A DNA stretch of 26,207 bases, taken from IMG/VR virus record IMGVR_UViG_3300034061_001830, positions 1 to 26,207 of that record. One strand, written 5' to 3'. How positions within the stretch are numbered: the stretch's first letter is position 1; each line of letters begins with the position of its first letter. Source of the DNA: a virus (lineage: Duplodnaviria > Caudoviricetes). The position numbers were made by a program, and so were the translations under genes. Below the pieces are notes generated by a model. That model worked only from the letters and a program-made list of their open reading frames with translations. It was not told where the DNA came from and ran no database searches. Below, piece after piece: positions 7,357 to 16,062 of the stretch.

Positions 7357-8705
7357 TGCCATTTCCTTTAATACCTGTTGTCATAGGAGCCACAAGAGTA
7401 GGCGTTACAGCACTCCCTAAGTTACGTTCAATGGTTCAAATAAAAAAAGCTGCATCTGCAGCTAAAGCTGTTAAACCTGCTACTGCTAAAGGAGCTGCTA
7501 AATCAGCTAAAGCAGCAAAGCCTGGAACTAGCAAACTTACAAAAACTGCAACTGGTTATGGCATAGGAAGCGTTGCATCAAAAGTACTAACAAAAAAAGC
7601 ACTTGGAAGAACAGTTACTGTAGCTTCTGTAGGTGCCGTCGTTGTTCCACCGTTAATTGATAAGATTTCTAAAAGGGATACTAAATCAACTTCTACAGAT
7701 AGAACTACTGCAAAAGATAAGACTAAAGCAGAAGTGGCTACTGATGGGGACACTACCCCGTCTCCAAAACCGGAAGCTGACCCAAGTGAATACAAATGGA
7801 ATTTGCCACCTCACAAATGGAGCATGCCTTTAACGCCTACTTTGGTAAACAACGTAGGCGGCGGGTACAACGATTTTGGAAAACCAAATCGTTCTAGCGA
7901 AGCCTATCGTCGTGGTCGTATTTGGTGGAATTCAAGTGCAGATATAGACGTTACCGTTGGTTCTTCAAATAAGGACAACGAAAACTATAAAGTAGTAAAA
8001 CAAGCGTCTGACAATGAAAGAAAATATGGTTTTCAATTTTTATGGAATCCAGAATCTTTTTCAACAACTGTTCAAACAGAATTGACAACAACTCCAGACG
8101 TAAAAGATATGTTCTTATCTTGGGTAGCGGCTTTTCCAGCTAATGAAGTAATTAGTTTTAATATTATTTTAGATAGAACCAATGATTTTGCTTGTGCAAA
8201 CGCTAAATTTGAACGACCAGGGTTAAACACATCAAATATTTATGGTGTACCCCCAGCTCAAGTATCTCAATACAGACCTGACCAGTCTTACGACAACAAG
8301 GTGACTGAAAGGGGTCTGTTGAGAAACTCAGTGAGAGAGTTTTCTGAATATTACAGTGGAAACACCTCTTTTCAAACTAGTGCTGAGCAATTAGAAGATA
8401 AGTTACTTGACTTATTTGAAAGAGGAACTATTGCGGATGTTGAATACCTATACAGAGCTATTAATGGTCCTGGAGCTGGAGACACTCTTTGGACTAATAG
8501 ACGAGGAATACAAACAGCTGACATTGGCTATTTAATACCTACACTATTAAATATTGATATTGGTCCCCTTGCTTACAGAGGGTATGTCACTAGTCTAGGA
8601 GTTCAACATGTGAGGTTTACCCCTGACATGATTCCTATTTCTACAAGGGTATCAATAAATCTAAACCTCCTTGCAACCGCAGGACTTACAAGTAGTAAGG
8701 GATAA
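7356..8705 (+). CDS. Putative baseplate tube-initiator protein with long basic N-terminal extension
   Basis: Follows the tape measure and precedes LysM. FQFLWNPESF and C-terminal GYVTSLGVQHVRFTPDMIP..V.I resemble tube-fold initiator (gp48/Pvc7-type) proteins. Confidence 0.6.
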   Translation: MPFPLIPVVIGATRVGVTALPKLRSMVQIKKAASAAKAVKPATAKGAAKSAKAAKPGTSKLTKTATGYGIGSVASKVLTKKALGRTVTVASVGAVVVPPLIDKISKRDTKSTSTDRTTAKDKTKAEVATDGDTTPSPKPEADPSEYKWNLPPHKWSMPLTPTLVNNVGGGYNDFGKPNRSSEAYRRGRIWWNSSADIDVTVGSSNKDNENYKVVKQASDNERKYGFQFLWNPESFSTTVQTELTTTPDVKDMFLSWVAAFPANEVISFNIILDRTNDFACANAKFERPGLNTSNIYGVPPAQVSQYRPDQSYDNKVTERGLLRNSVREFSEYYSGNTSFQTSAEQLEDKLLDLFERGTIADVEYLYRAINGPGAGDTLWTNRRGIQTADIGYLIPTLLNIDIGPLAYRGYVTSLGVQHVRFTPDMIPISTRVSINLNLLATAGLTSSKG

Positions 8706-8707
8706 TA

Positions 8708-8989
8708 ATGCCAATTAGACTAGGTTCACGGTATGAGCTTTCTGTTGTTGATTTTATTTCTTTTGAGCCTGACGAAGACGCATACCCAGTTGTTTTTTAT
8801 GAATTTGATGAGTTAGGTATCCTTACGTATCAAGAGTACCCATACAAACAAGGAGAACGACTAGACAACATTGCTATGAAATTTTATGGCAAACCAAGTT
8901 TTTGGTGGATAATTATGGAAGCTAACCCTGAAATTGAAGATATACAAAATATTCCAGCTGGTACTTTCTTAAGGATTCCTCGTGTTTAA
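8708..8989 (+). CDS. LysM-domain baseplate wedge protein (gp53/gpX-like)
   Basis: YKQGERLDNIAMKFYG...WWIIMEANP...IPAGTFLRIP is a LysM signature. Confidence 0.9.
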   Translation: MPIRLGSRYELSVVDFISFEPDEDAYPVVFYEFDELGILTYQEYPYKQGERLDNIAMKFYGKPSFWWIIMEANPEIEDIQNIPAGTFLRIPRV

Positions 8990-10292
8990 TAGTGTAAAAG
9001 TTAATTTTCCTACCAGCTTTGCTCAACCAGAGCGTGTTCACACTGCCTATATTAAACAAGGGCTGTTTAATCACGAGTTTGCAACCATTCACTTTCGTGA
9101 CTGGGGGGTAGATGTATCTAGAGTTAAGCCCGGAACTCCAATAACTTTAAATATTGGAAAAAGAGAGTTTGTTGGGTACGTTCATCACATAAAGGCTGAT
9201 ATGACTGGAGCTTCTAATTTTATTGAAGTTTCAGCAATTGGTGCTTCTTATGTAATGCGTCAAGCTAGCCAAGATGTGTTTAGAAATGTAACCGCTAGTG
9301 AGATTGCTCAAAAGATTGCTGTAGAAAATGGTTTTTCTTATAAAATTGAACCGCATCCAAGGGTGTACCCTCAAATATCTCAGGCGGGGTTAACTGATTG
9401 GGAGTTTTTACGAAAACTAGCAAAACAGTGCGGATACAGTTTAAATGTAGAAGGAACTACCTTGTATTTTCAACCTCATTTAAAAGAATTTACAGAAAAT
9501 CTTTCTGAAGCTTTGTATTTTACTCGAGGTGAGTACGGTACGAAAAGTTCTAAACATATATACGAATTTAATCCTGTAATTGGAGAAACTCTATCTCATG
9601 GGTTAGCAGATAAATCTGCAACTGCAGTAACGGGAATAGACCCAAGAACTGCTGAATTAATTCAGGTAACAAAACAAAGACGTTCAACCCCTACTAGAAA
9701 AAAAGCTCAAACGGAACTATTTGATAAATACGCTACTACGGTAGTTGTAAACGATTTTGAAGTAGCTACTTATGAAGCAGAAGCTGCTGATGAAAACTCT
9801 AAATTCCCATACCGAGCTACTGCTGTAGTTTTTGGAGACTCTAGGCTCTCTCCAAGTAAACCAGTATATTTAGACACTGTTGGCTCATATAGTGGTTATT
9901 GGACAGTTTTAGAGACAGAACACCGAATAGAAGAAACAGAGTTAAATTCTCATCTTTACACAACCTACCTTGTACTTGGTACAGACTCTTTAGGCAGCGT
10001 TAACATAGCAGGAGCTCCCGCATCTCCAACTTCTTTTCAAAACAGAACAATTAAACCTAATGTTAGACAAACACGAGAAAAGACAAAAAATCAATTAATA
10101 AACTCTTCTCCTCAAATAAAACCAACTTCTGATATTAGACTAGTAACTTCAAAGAATAGAACTGCCCCTAACAAAAAATCTTTTGAAGTATCTAATAACA
10201 CATGGTCATCTAATAAAGGTAATTTAATTGCTAAAAAGGCAGAACCTAGAAGGTCTCCGACTGTAATTGCAAGGATAGCGAGGGCTAGATGA
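8982..10292 (+). CDS. Baseplate hub protein (gpD/gp27/VgrG N-terminal-like)
   Basis: FVGYV, TASEIAQKIA..NG and Q...TDWEFLRKLAKQCGY...GTTLYF are typical of late-control-D/hub proteins. Confidence 0.88.
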   Translation: MFNSVKVNFPTSFAQPERVHTAYIKQGLFNHEFATIHFRDWGVDVSRVKPGTPITLNIGKREFVGYVHHIKADMTGASNFIEVSAIGASYVMRQASQDVFRNVTASEIAQKIAVENGFSYKIEPHPRVYPQISQAGLTDWEFLRKLAKQCGYSLNVEGTTLYFQPHLKEFTENLSEALYFTRGEYGTKSSKHIYEFNPVIGETLSHGLADKSATAVTGIDPRTAELIQVTKQRRSTPTRKKAQTELFDKYATTVVVNDFEVATYEAEAADENSKFPYRATAVVFGDSRLSPSKPVYLDTVGSYSGYWTVLETEHRIEETELNSHLYTTYLVLGTDSLGSVNIAGAPASPTSFQNRTIKPNVRQTREKTKNQLINSSPQIKPTSDIRLVTSKNRTAPNKKSFEVSNNTWSSNKGNLIAKKAEPRRSPTVIARIARAR

Positions 10293-10771
10293 GCGACGTA
10301 CATTACGGAATCTATAGGGGAATTTGTAAAGAAAATGAAGACCCTGAGAACTACAAGCGCATTAAACTGTTAGTTCCCCAAGTTTTAGGAAACGCTTTAA
10401 GCGAGTGGGCATGGCCATGCCTACCTGTAACCTCTAACTCAAACCACCCTGACCATCAAGAACATACAGCAGCACAAATTGCCGCGTTACTTACTACCAC
10501 CGCTGTCAATATTGCAGGGACCGATAGTAGAGGTGACTCGCATACTATTGCTGTTCCAGCTTTAACCGTAGTGGCTAAAGCAGGAGCAGGTACGCTAGAG
10601 CACCCTAAAAAAACAACCGCAGATACGGATGAACTTTGGAACGATGAGCAAGAAACAAATACCACAGCGGAGCACTCACCACATAGATTGGTTCCAAGAA
10701 TTGACCAAGGAGTGTGGGTAATGTTTGAAGGCGGAGATTCTAATTTTCCAGTTTGGATAGGGGTGTACTAA
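10289..10771 (+). CDS. Baseplate central spike protein (gp5/gpV OB-fold) with internal insertion
   Basis: YRGIC..NEDPE...RIKLLVP...SEWAWPC and P..DQGVWVMFEGGD.NFPVWIG are the two halves of the gp5 OB-fold. Confidence 0.85.
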   Translation: MSDVHYGIYRGICKENEDPENYKRIKLLVPQVLGNALSEWAWPCLPVTSNSNHPDHQEHTAAQIAALLTTTAVNIAGTDSRGDSHTIAVPALTVVAKAGAGTLEHPKKTTADTDELWNDEQETNTTAEHSPHRLVPRIDQGVWVMFEGGDSNFPVWIGVY

Positions 10772-11178
10772 TGGCAAGCTCAGCAATATCATTACCGTTT
10801 TCTTTTAACTCGTTTGGGGAACTTTCGTACTCCACTGACCAAAAGAAAATTTGGCAAGATAGGGTCCTTTTAGTGCTTATGACTAGGTTTGGTGAAAGAG
10901 TCATGCGCCCTAACTACGGCAGTTTAGTAAACCAAACAGTGTTTGAAAACGAAACTCTAGCTATAGAGAAGGCAACTACCACAATTAGGGAAGCTTTTAG
11001 CAAATGGCTTGTAGGATTAGAGCTAACTTCCATAAAACCTGTGTTTGACGCCGTACAAGGTTCTCTAGCAGTTAGCGTTTTTTATAAACTTCCTACTGGG
11101 GAGGAGGATACAGTCACACTAAAAACCGCTATCCTTAGTTCTTCAGGTGATTTAATTCAGGAGATAACCAATGGCTGA
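10771..11178 (+). CDS. Baseplate wedge / sheath initiator (gp25/gpW-like)
   Basis: ISLPF and LMTRFGERVMRPNYGS motif. Start reassigned to ATG 10771 (TAATG overlap). Confidence 0.92.
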   Translation: MASSAISLPFSFNSFGELSYSTDQKKIWQDRVLLVLMTRFGERVMRPNYGSLVNQTVFENETLAIEKATTTIREAFSKWLVGLELTSIKPVFDAVQGSLAVSVFYKLPTGEEDTVTLKTAILSSSGDLIQEITNG

Positions 11179-12886
11179 TAACGCTTCCTCTTCATATATC
11201 CCACAGGTGGACTACACCTCTAGGGATTATGAGACCATTCGTGAAGACCTTCTTAATCTAATCCCTAATTATGCCCCTAATTGGACTAATAGAGACCCAT
11301 CGGATTTTGGAATTACTCTGGTTGAACTATTTTCCTATATGGGAGACCTATTAAACTTTTATATCGATAGAGCTGCTAATGAGGGGTTTTTAGCTACCGC
11401 TAGTCAAAGAGACAGCATCCTTAGAATTGCATCTATGCTTAATTACACCCCAACTGAAAGTACACCAGCTATCGTAGAGCTATCGTTCTCTAACTCTAGC
11501 GCTACAAATAAGACAGTGCCAGCAAGAACTCAAATTGCTACGTCTGTAACTGTAAACGGAGTTACTACTCAAGTTGTATTTGAAACAGACGACGCTGTAG
11601 TTGTACCAGCTAAAGTTGGAGCAGTCAACGGAGTTGCTACAGTAAACGCTACTCAAGGAAAAACAGTTACCGAATTACTGGGAACATCTAACGGAACGCC
11701 TAATCAAGTCTTTAAATTGTCTCAAGAGTCAACTATTACAGACAGTATTGAGATTTCTGTAAATGGAGTTAGTTACACATACAGTCCGTTTTTAATTGAC
11801 AATAACTTATTTGACCCTGTGTTTACCACATTCTCAGATTCCGAAGGGTATACCTACGTTCAATTTGGTGATGGTATTGGTGGCCGTATACCTCCTTCAG
11901 CCGGAACTATTAACGCAACATACCGAGTCGGTCTTGGTTCTGCTGGAAACGTGCCTATAAATAAACTGACTTTCTTTTTAACAAATCCTCAATCTGGGAT
12001 AACTGTTAACAACCAAGAAGCAGCGGCTGGAGGCTCAGACCCAGAAACAACAGATTCCATTAGAACTAACGCTCCTTTAGCATTAAAGGGTCTAAACAGA
12101 GCTGTGTCTCTTCAAGATTATGCTTCTCTTGCTCTTCAACTTCCTGGCGTAGCTAAATCAATTGCAGAAGCTAATGTGTATTCAAGCATCTTGCTATTTG
12201 TAAAACCATTTGGAGACCGTGGTTCTGTAACCGTAGGGGGAACTACCTCAACAACACCAATTTTTGATAATCTAATTACAGAACTTTCTGCATATTTTGC
12301 AGAAAAAGCCGCTCCTGGAACTGAAATCACATATTTCCCTCCAGCGTACGTGCCTGTTGACTTAGAAGTTACTATTAATTTGCTACCTCAATACAAACAA
12401 AGTATTGTCCAAAATCAAGCTCTATCATCAATAAGAGAGCTATTTAATATAGACAACGTGTTTTTTGCAGACACAATTCCGCTCCAATATGTAATGAGTG
12501 CACTAAACTCTGTAACAGGAATTGATTTCGCTACTGTAGAGATTCTTCGCAGAACAGACGCAAAACAGCAATTTAATGTGTCTAATTTTGCATTAGCATC
12601 AAACGTCGCCACTATCACAACCTCTGCTGCACATAACTTTACAATTGGTCAAAAGGTTAGAATTGCCGATGTAGTAAACACCAACTTTAACGGGGTGTTT
12701 ACAGTATTAACTGTTCCTTCTTCTACAACGTTCACATATGCTAAAACACACTCAGGAACTATCTCTAGCACAGCAGCTTCTGTTGGTACTGCCCTAGCGT
12801 TAGTTGTAGAAACTGTTGTATGCGCAGTAAATGAACTGCCAGAAGAAGGAACATTCACAGTAAATGTATCTGGTGGAATTAGCTAA
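11171..12886 (+). CDS. Baseplate J-like wedge protein (gp6/gpJ) with C-terminal inserted beta domain
   Basis: DYTSRDY, WT.RDPSDFGITLVELF, FGDGIGGRIP, GGSDPET and RAVSLQDY motifs. Confidence 0.93.
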   Translation: MADNASSSYIPQVDYTSRDYETIREDLLNLIPNYAPNWTNRDPSDFGITLVELFSYMGDLLNFYIDRAANEGFLATASQRDSILRIASMLNYTPTESTPAIVELSFSNSSATNKTVPARTQIATSVTVNGVTTQVVFETDDAVVVPAKVGAVNGVATVNATQGKTVTELLGTSNGTPNQVFKLSQESTITDSIEISVNGVSYTYSPFLIDNNLFDPVFTTFSDSEGYTYVQFGDGIGGRIPPSAGTINATYRVGLGSAGNVPINKLTFFLTNPQSGITVNNQEAAAGGSDPETTDSIRTNAPLALKGLNRAVSLQDYASLALQLPGVAKSIAEANVYSSILLFVKPFGDRGSVTVGGTTSTTPIFDNLITELSAYFAEKAAPGTEITYFPPAYVPVDLEVTINLLPQYKQSIVQNQALSSIRELFNIDNVFFADTIPLQYVMSALNSVTGIDFATVEILRRTDAKQQFNVSNFALASNVATITTSAAHNFTIGQKVRIADVVNTNFNGVFTVLTVPSSTTFTYAKTHSGTISSTAASVGTALALVVETVVCAVNELPEEGTFTVNVSGGIS

Positions 12887-12894
12887 GGAGAAAA

Positions 12895-13362
12895 ATGGCA
12901 GCCGTATACCCAGGGTCGATTAGAAACTTTACTACAAAAGCAAATACTGTAGATACTATCGATGCGTCCCACCCAAACTTACTTCAAGAAGAAGTAACCG
13001 CAATTGAAAGCGTACTTGGTATAAATCCAAATCTTTCAACTACTGGTTCAGGAGCTTATACAAACGTAGCTACCTCTTGGGCAACAGTGTCTTCTAGACT
13101 TGCAAACATAGAAAACGGAATTACCGGAGACGTTCACACTCAATATTTAAAATTATCTGGTGGGGGTATTGTTCTTAGTACTAGCGCCGCAACTGTACCT
13201 TTTACTGTAAGAGGAGCAGCAAGCCAAAGCGCAAACTTACAAGAGTGGAGAAACTCTGCTGGAACAGTTGTTGCTTCTGTATCTCCAACTGGAACTGTAT
13301 TTGCCGCAAACGTTGCTGAAGAAACAACTAACTTATCTGTAGTAGCTTGGGTATTTGGGTAA
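12895..13362 (+). CDS. Short tail fibre/baseplate-associated structural protein
   Basis: AAGGAG SD. N-terminal DA.HPN.LQEEVTAIE and the SQSANLQEWRNSAG repeat unit are seen in fibre proteins. Position fits. Confidence 0.6.
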   Translation: MAAVYPGSIRNFTTKANTVDTIDASHPNLLQEEVTAIESVLGINPNLSTTGSGAYTNVATSWATVSSRLANIENGITGDVHTQYLKLSGGGIVLSTSAATVPFTVRGAASQSANLQEWRNSAGTVVASVSPTGTVFAANVAEETTNLSVVAWVFG

Positions 13363-13368
13363 CAATAA

Positions 13369-15366
13369 ATGGCTATTTATGGCGTTGATTTTTATGGTAT
13401 CTCTTTCTATGGCGCAAACACCTTAGTAGATTTTGACGCATCCCCATTTACAGCTACCTCTACAGACTATAACGAAATTGAATTAAGATGGACAGAACCT
13501 TCTGGTTCTTGGAGTAATTTGCGTTTACTACGAAACCCATTTGGATTTCCTATGACCCCCGATGACGGAGACTTACTAGTAGATTCTTTACCTGCAGATG
13601 ATGTTACTTTTTATCTAGACCGAGGTCAGGTACCTACAAACTCTGGTTTACTTCCAGGCCGTACTTACTACTATTCAATATTTGTAAAAGAGACAGTACA
13701 AAATACTTGGGTTAAAGCTGGAGAATCTATTGGAGTCTCAGTAAAAAATTATGGAACTAAAGAACAGTTTTATGACTATCTTCCAGCGATTTTTAAAATA
13801 AAAAATACGTTTTCTGCTTCTGATAATGACGATTCTATAAACGATGACCTATATAACTTTTTAAGTATTTTTGCTATTGAACACGACCTATTTAAAACTT
13901 TGGCTCAAAACGTTAGTGAACGCTACGACATACTTAATTTAGATGGTCGTTTAGTTCCCCCAATGCTAAATCAATTTGGGTTAAAATACGAACCTTACGT
14001 AGGTCTTCAACAAGCACGAATTCTTCTTAGAAATGCTATTAAAATTTACTCTGAAAAGGGCTCTATTCAAGGATTAAAAACTTACGTTACAGCTTTTTCT
14101 GGGTATAACTGTAAAATTAACCCTATAACTAATTACATGCAAGATGTTAATTCATCTTCATTTAAAGAATCAATAGGTTTTTGGAGAAACGTATCTAACG
14201 CCACACTAGCTCAGGGAACTTTAGATAGTGAAACTCCGTCTGTAGCACCGTATATAGAAGTGGCATCTCCATCTAATTATCCAAATGGTCAACTTGGATT
14301 TCTAAAGGTAACAGCTAATAGTGCAGCAGACGTTGAAATTGCTTGCGGAACTTTAAATGTAAGAACTTTAGGAATACCTGTTCAAAACGGAAAGTCATAC
14401 ACTTTATCCGCGTATAGCAGAGCAAAAACTACCGCAAGAAATGTTGTGCTTGATATTAGATGGTATGACGGGGATGAGACTCTGTTAGGAACTGCAGGTG
14501 AATCCAGTAAATTAAACACCACAGGAGACTGGACTAGAACGTCGTTTTCTACATCTTCTGCTCCAGCAAATGCTAAGTTTGCTGTTCCATACATAAGAAT
14601 TGAAGGATGCGCTAACGGAGAAATTCACTATATTGACGCTGTTCAGTTTGAAAACTCTGCTGAACCTACAACCTTTGTTGATGCTAGAAGAACAGATATT
14701 GTTTTAATATCAAACAGGGTTAACTTATTAACTAACCCAAGTTTTGAAATAAATACTAGTGGGTGGGTTTGCAGCACCTCTAACGCAACACTAAGTACTT
14801 CCGCAACTGGAGCTTTAGACTTTAGTACAACATCCCTTACAGCAACCCCGACTAGTGCTGGAACTGTAATAGTAGAAACTGACTCATTTGCTCATAATGT
14901 TGTAGAAGGCTCTGAATACTCTTTAAGTTTTTATGCAAAAAGAACTGGAGCGGCTACCACAGCAACAGCCAGGATATCTTGGTACACAGAGGGCGGCGCA
15001 TTAATTTCTACAAGTTCTGGAACGTCTACTAACGTAAACACTTCCTTTGGAAGAGTTTCAATAACTGCAACTGCCCCTACTAATGCCGTACACGCAAAAG
15101 TTAGCGTATCTTGGGCAGGTGGCACAGGAAACGTGTTATTTGTTGATGCTGCGTTGTTTGAAAGAGCTTCTTATGTTGGGCCATATTTTGATGGTTCGGG
15201 AGGGTATCAACAGACTAGCGATTTAGTTTGGGAAGGTACTCCAGGGTTATCTAGAAGTCATTATTATAAAAACAGAGCTTTAGTACAAAACAGGCTTGCT
15301 GCGACTGTTGGAGAGTTTATAACCCACGGAACTCCTTGGGCTATATTTGTGGCGCAACCAGACTAG
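13369..15366 (+). CDS. Baseplate wedge gpI-like protein with FN3-like and two carbohydrate-binding-module-like domains (putative receptor binding)
   Basis: FN3-like IELRWTEP...GRTYYYSIF; gpI-like YLPAIF...IYSEKGSIQGLK; two NxxF..W / Y.LS.Y / AP.NA / D...FE repeats. Confidence 0.75.
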   Translation: MAIYGVDFYGISFYGANTLVDFDASPFTATSTDYNEIELRWTEPSGSWSNLRLLRNPFGFPMTPDDGDLLVDSLPADDVTFYLDRGQVPTNSGLLPGRTYYYSIFVKETVQNTWVKAGESIGVSVKNYGTKEQFYDYLPAIFKIKNTFSASDNDDSINDDLYNFLSIFAIEHDLFKTLAQNVSERYDILNLDGRLVPPMLNQFGLKYEPYVGLQQARILLRNAIKIYSEKGSIQGLKTYVTAFSGYNCKINPITNYMQDVNSSSFKESIGFWRNVSNATLAQGTLDSETPSVAPYIEVASPSNYPNGQLGFLKVTANSAADVEIACGTLNVRTLGIPVQNGKSYTLSAYSRAKTTARNVVLDIRWYDGDETLLGTAGESSKLNTTGDWTRTSFSTSSAPANAKFAVPYIRIEGCANGEIHYIDAVQFENSAEPTTFVDARRTDIVLISNRVNLLTNPSFEINTSGWVCSTSNATLSTSATGALDFSTTSLTATPTSAGTVIVETDSFAHNVVEGSEYSLSFYAKRTGAATTATARISWYTEGGALISTSSGTSTNVNTSFGRVSITATAPTNAVHAKVSVSWAGGTGNVLFVDAALFERASYVGPYFDGSGGYQQTSDLVWEGTPGLSRSHYYKNRALVQNRLAATVGEFITHGTPWAIFVAQPD

Positions 15367-15374
15367 CCCTTTTT
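15338..15374 (+). terminator. Possible imperfect intrinsic terminator ending the tail operon
   Basis: GGGCTA (15338-15343) pairs with TAGCCC (15364-15369), with a weak inner stem, followed by TTTTT. Confidence 0.3.
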
Positions 15375-15417
15375 GTAAGAGTTGTGTATGCTGGCATCTC
15401 CGTCAAGGAGGTACCAA

Positions 15418-16062
15418 ATGAGACGAGTAACCATAGCGGTTATAGGAAATGGCAAAACTTCAAGAGCAAACGTAGAGGCTTTATTAAACGATACTATTGA
15501 GTCGTTTGACGAGACCTACATAGCTTTAATTTACGATAAAGCCCCTTCTGAGGGTGTTGTATGGTCTAAACAATATGCTGATAGTAAAGACTTACCTTAT
15601 AAAGAATATTCGGATTTAAATTTTTCTAGTTTTGTTACGGACAATAAAGACAGAGAAACAAAGTTTTTTATACTTTGGGATGACGAAGATTTTGAATGCG
15701 TTGAGGCAATTAGGTGCTCTCAAGAAAACAGCATAATGTCTTTTGATTTAACTAATGGTTTAGTTGCCATAAAGCCAATAACTACAGACATAAAACCTAG
15801 ACCTGTTGTAGCAGCTATGCCAGAGGTTGAAACTAAAGTTAACCCTATTGAAGTAAAAAAAGACGCTAAGTACAAATCAAGTTTTTTAAAGATTGAAGAG
15901 GACGAAGAGGAAGACTACGACGAGGAAGATGATGACGAAGAGGAATATGAGTCCTCAGACATAATATTAGAGGCTGTTGAAGAGATAGCTAAAATATTTG
16001 CAGTTGCTATTGCAAGCGCTATCAAAGAGGCTATGGAAAAAGGCCCAGATGAGTCTAAGTAG
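15418..16062 (+). CDS. Rossmann/SLOG-like domain protein with acidic C-terminal tract
   Basis: AAGGAGGT SD at 15405-15412 favours ATG 15418. N-terminal IAVIGNG strand-loop and an EEDEEEDYDEEDDDEEEYE tract. Confidence 0.55.
   Translation: MRRVTIAVIGNGKTSRANVEALLNDTIESFDETYIALIYDKAPSEGVVWSKQYADSKDLPYKEYSDLNFSSFVTDNKDRETKFFILWDDEDFECVEAIRCSQENSIMSFDLTNGLVAIKPITTDIKPRPVVAAMPEVETKVNPIEVKKDAKYKSSFLKIEEDEEEDYDEEDDDEEEYESSDIILEAVEEIAKIFAVAIASAIKEAMEKGPDESK

Noticed and set aside
1547-15366. Bacterial eCIS/tailocin locus
   Set aside because: It is contiguous with a phage replication module, with no host genes and no Pvc15-type ATPase or toxin cargo.
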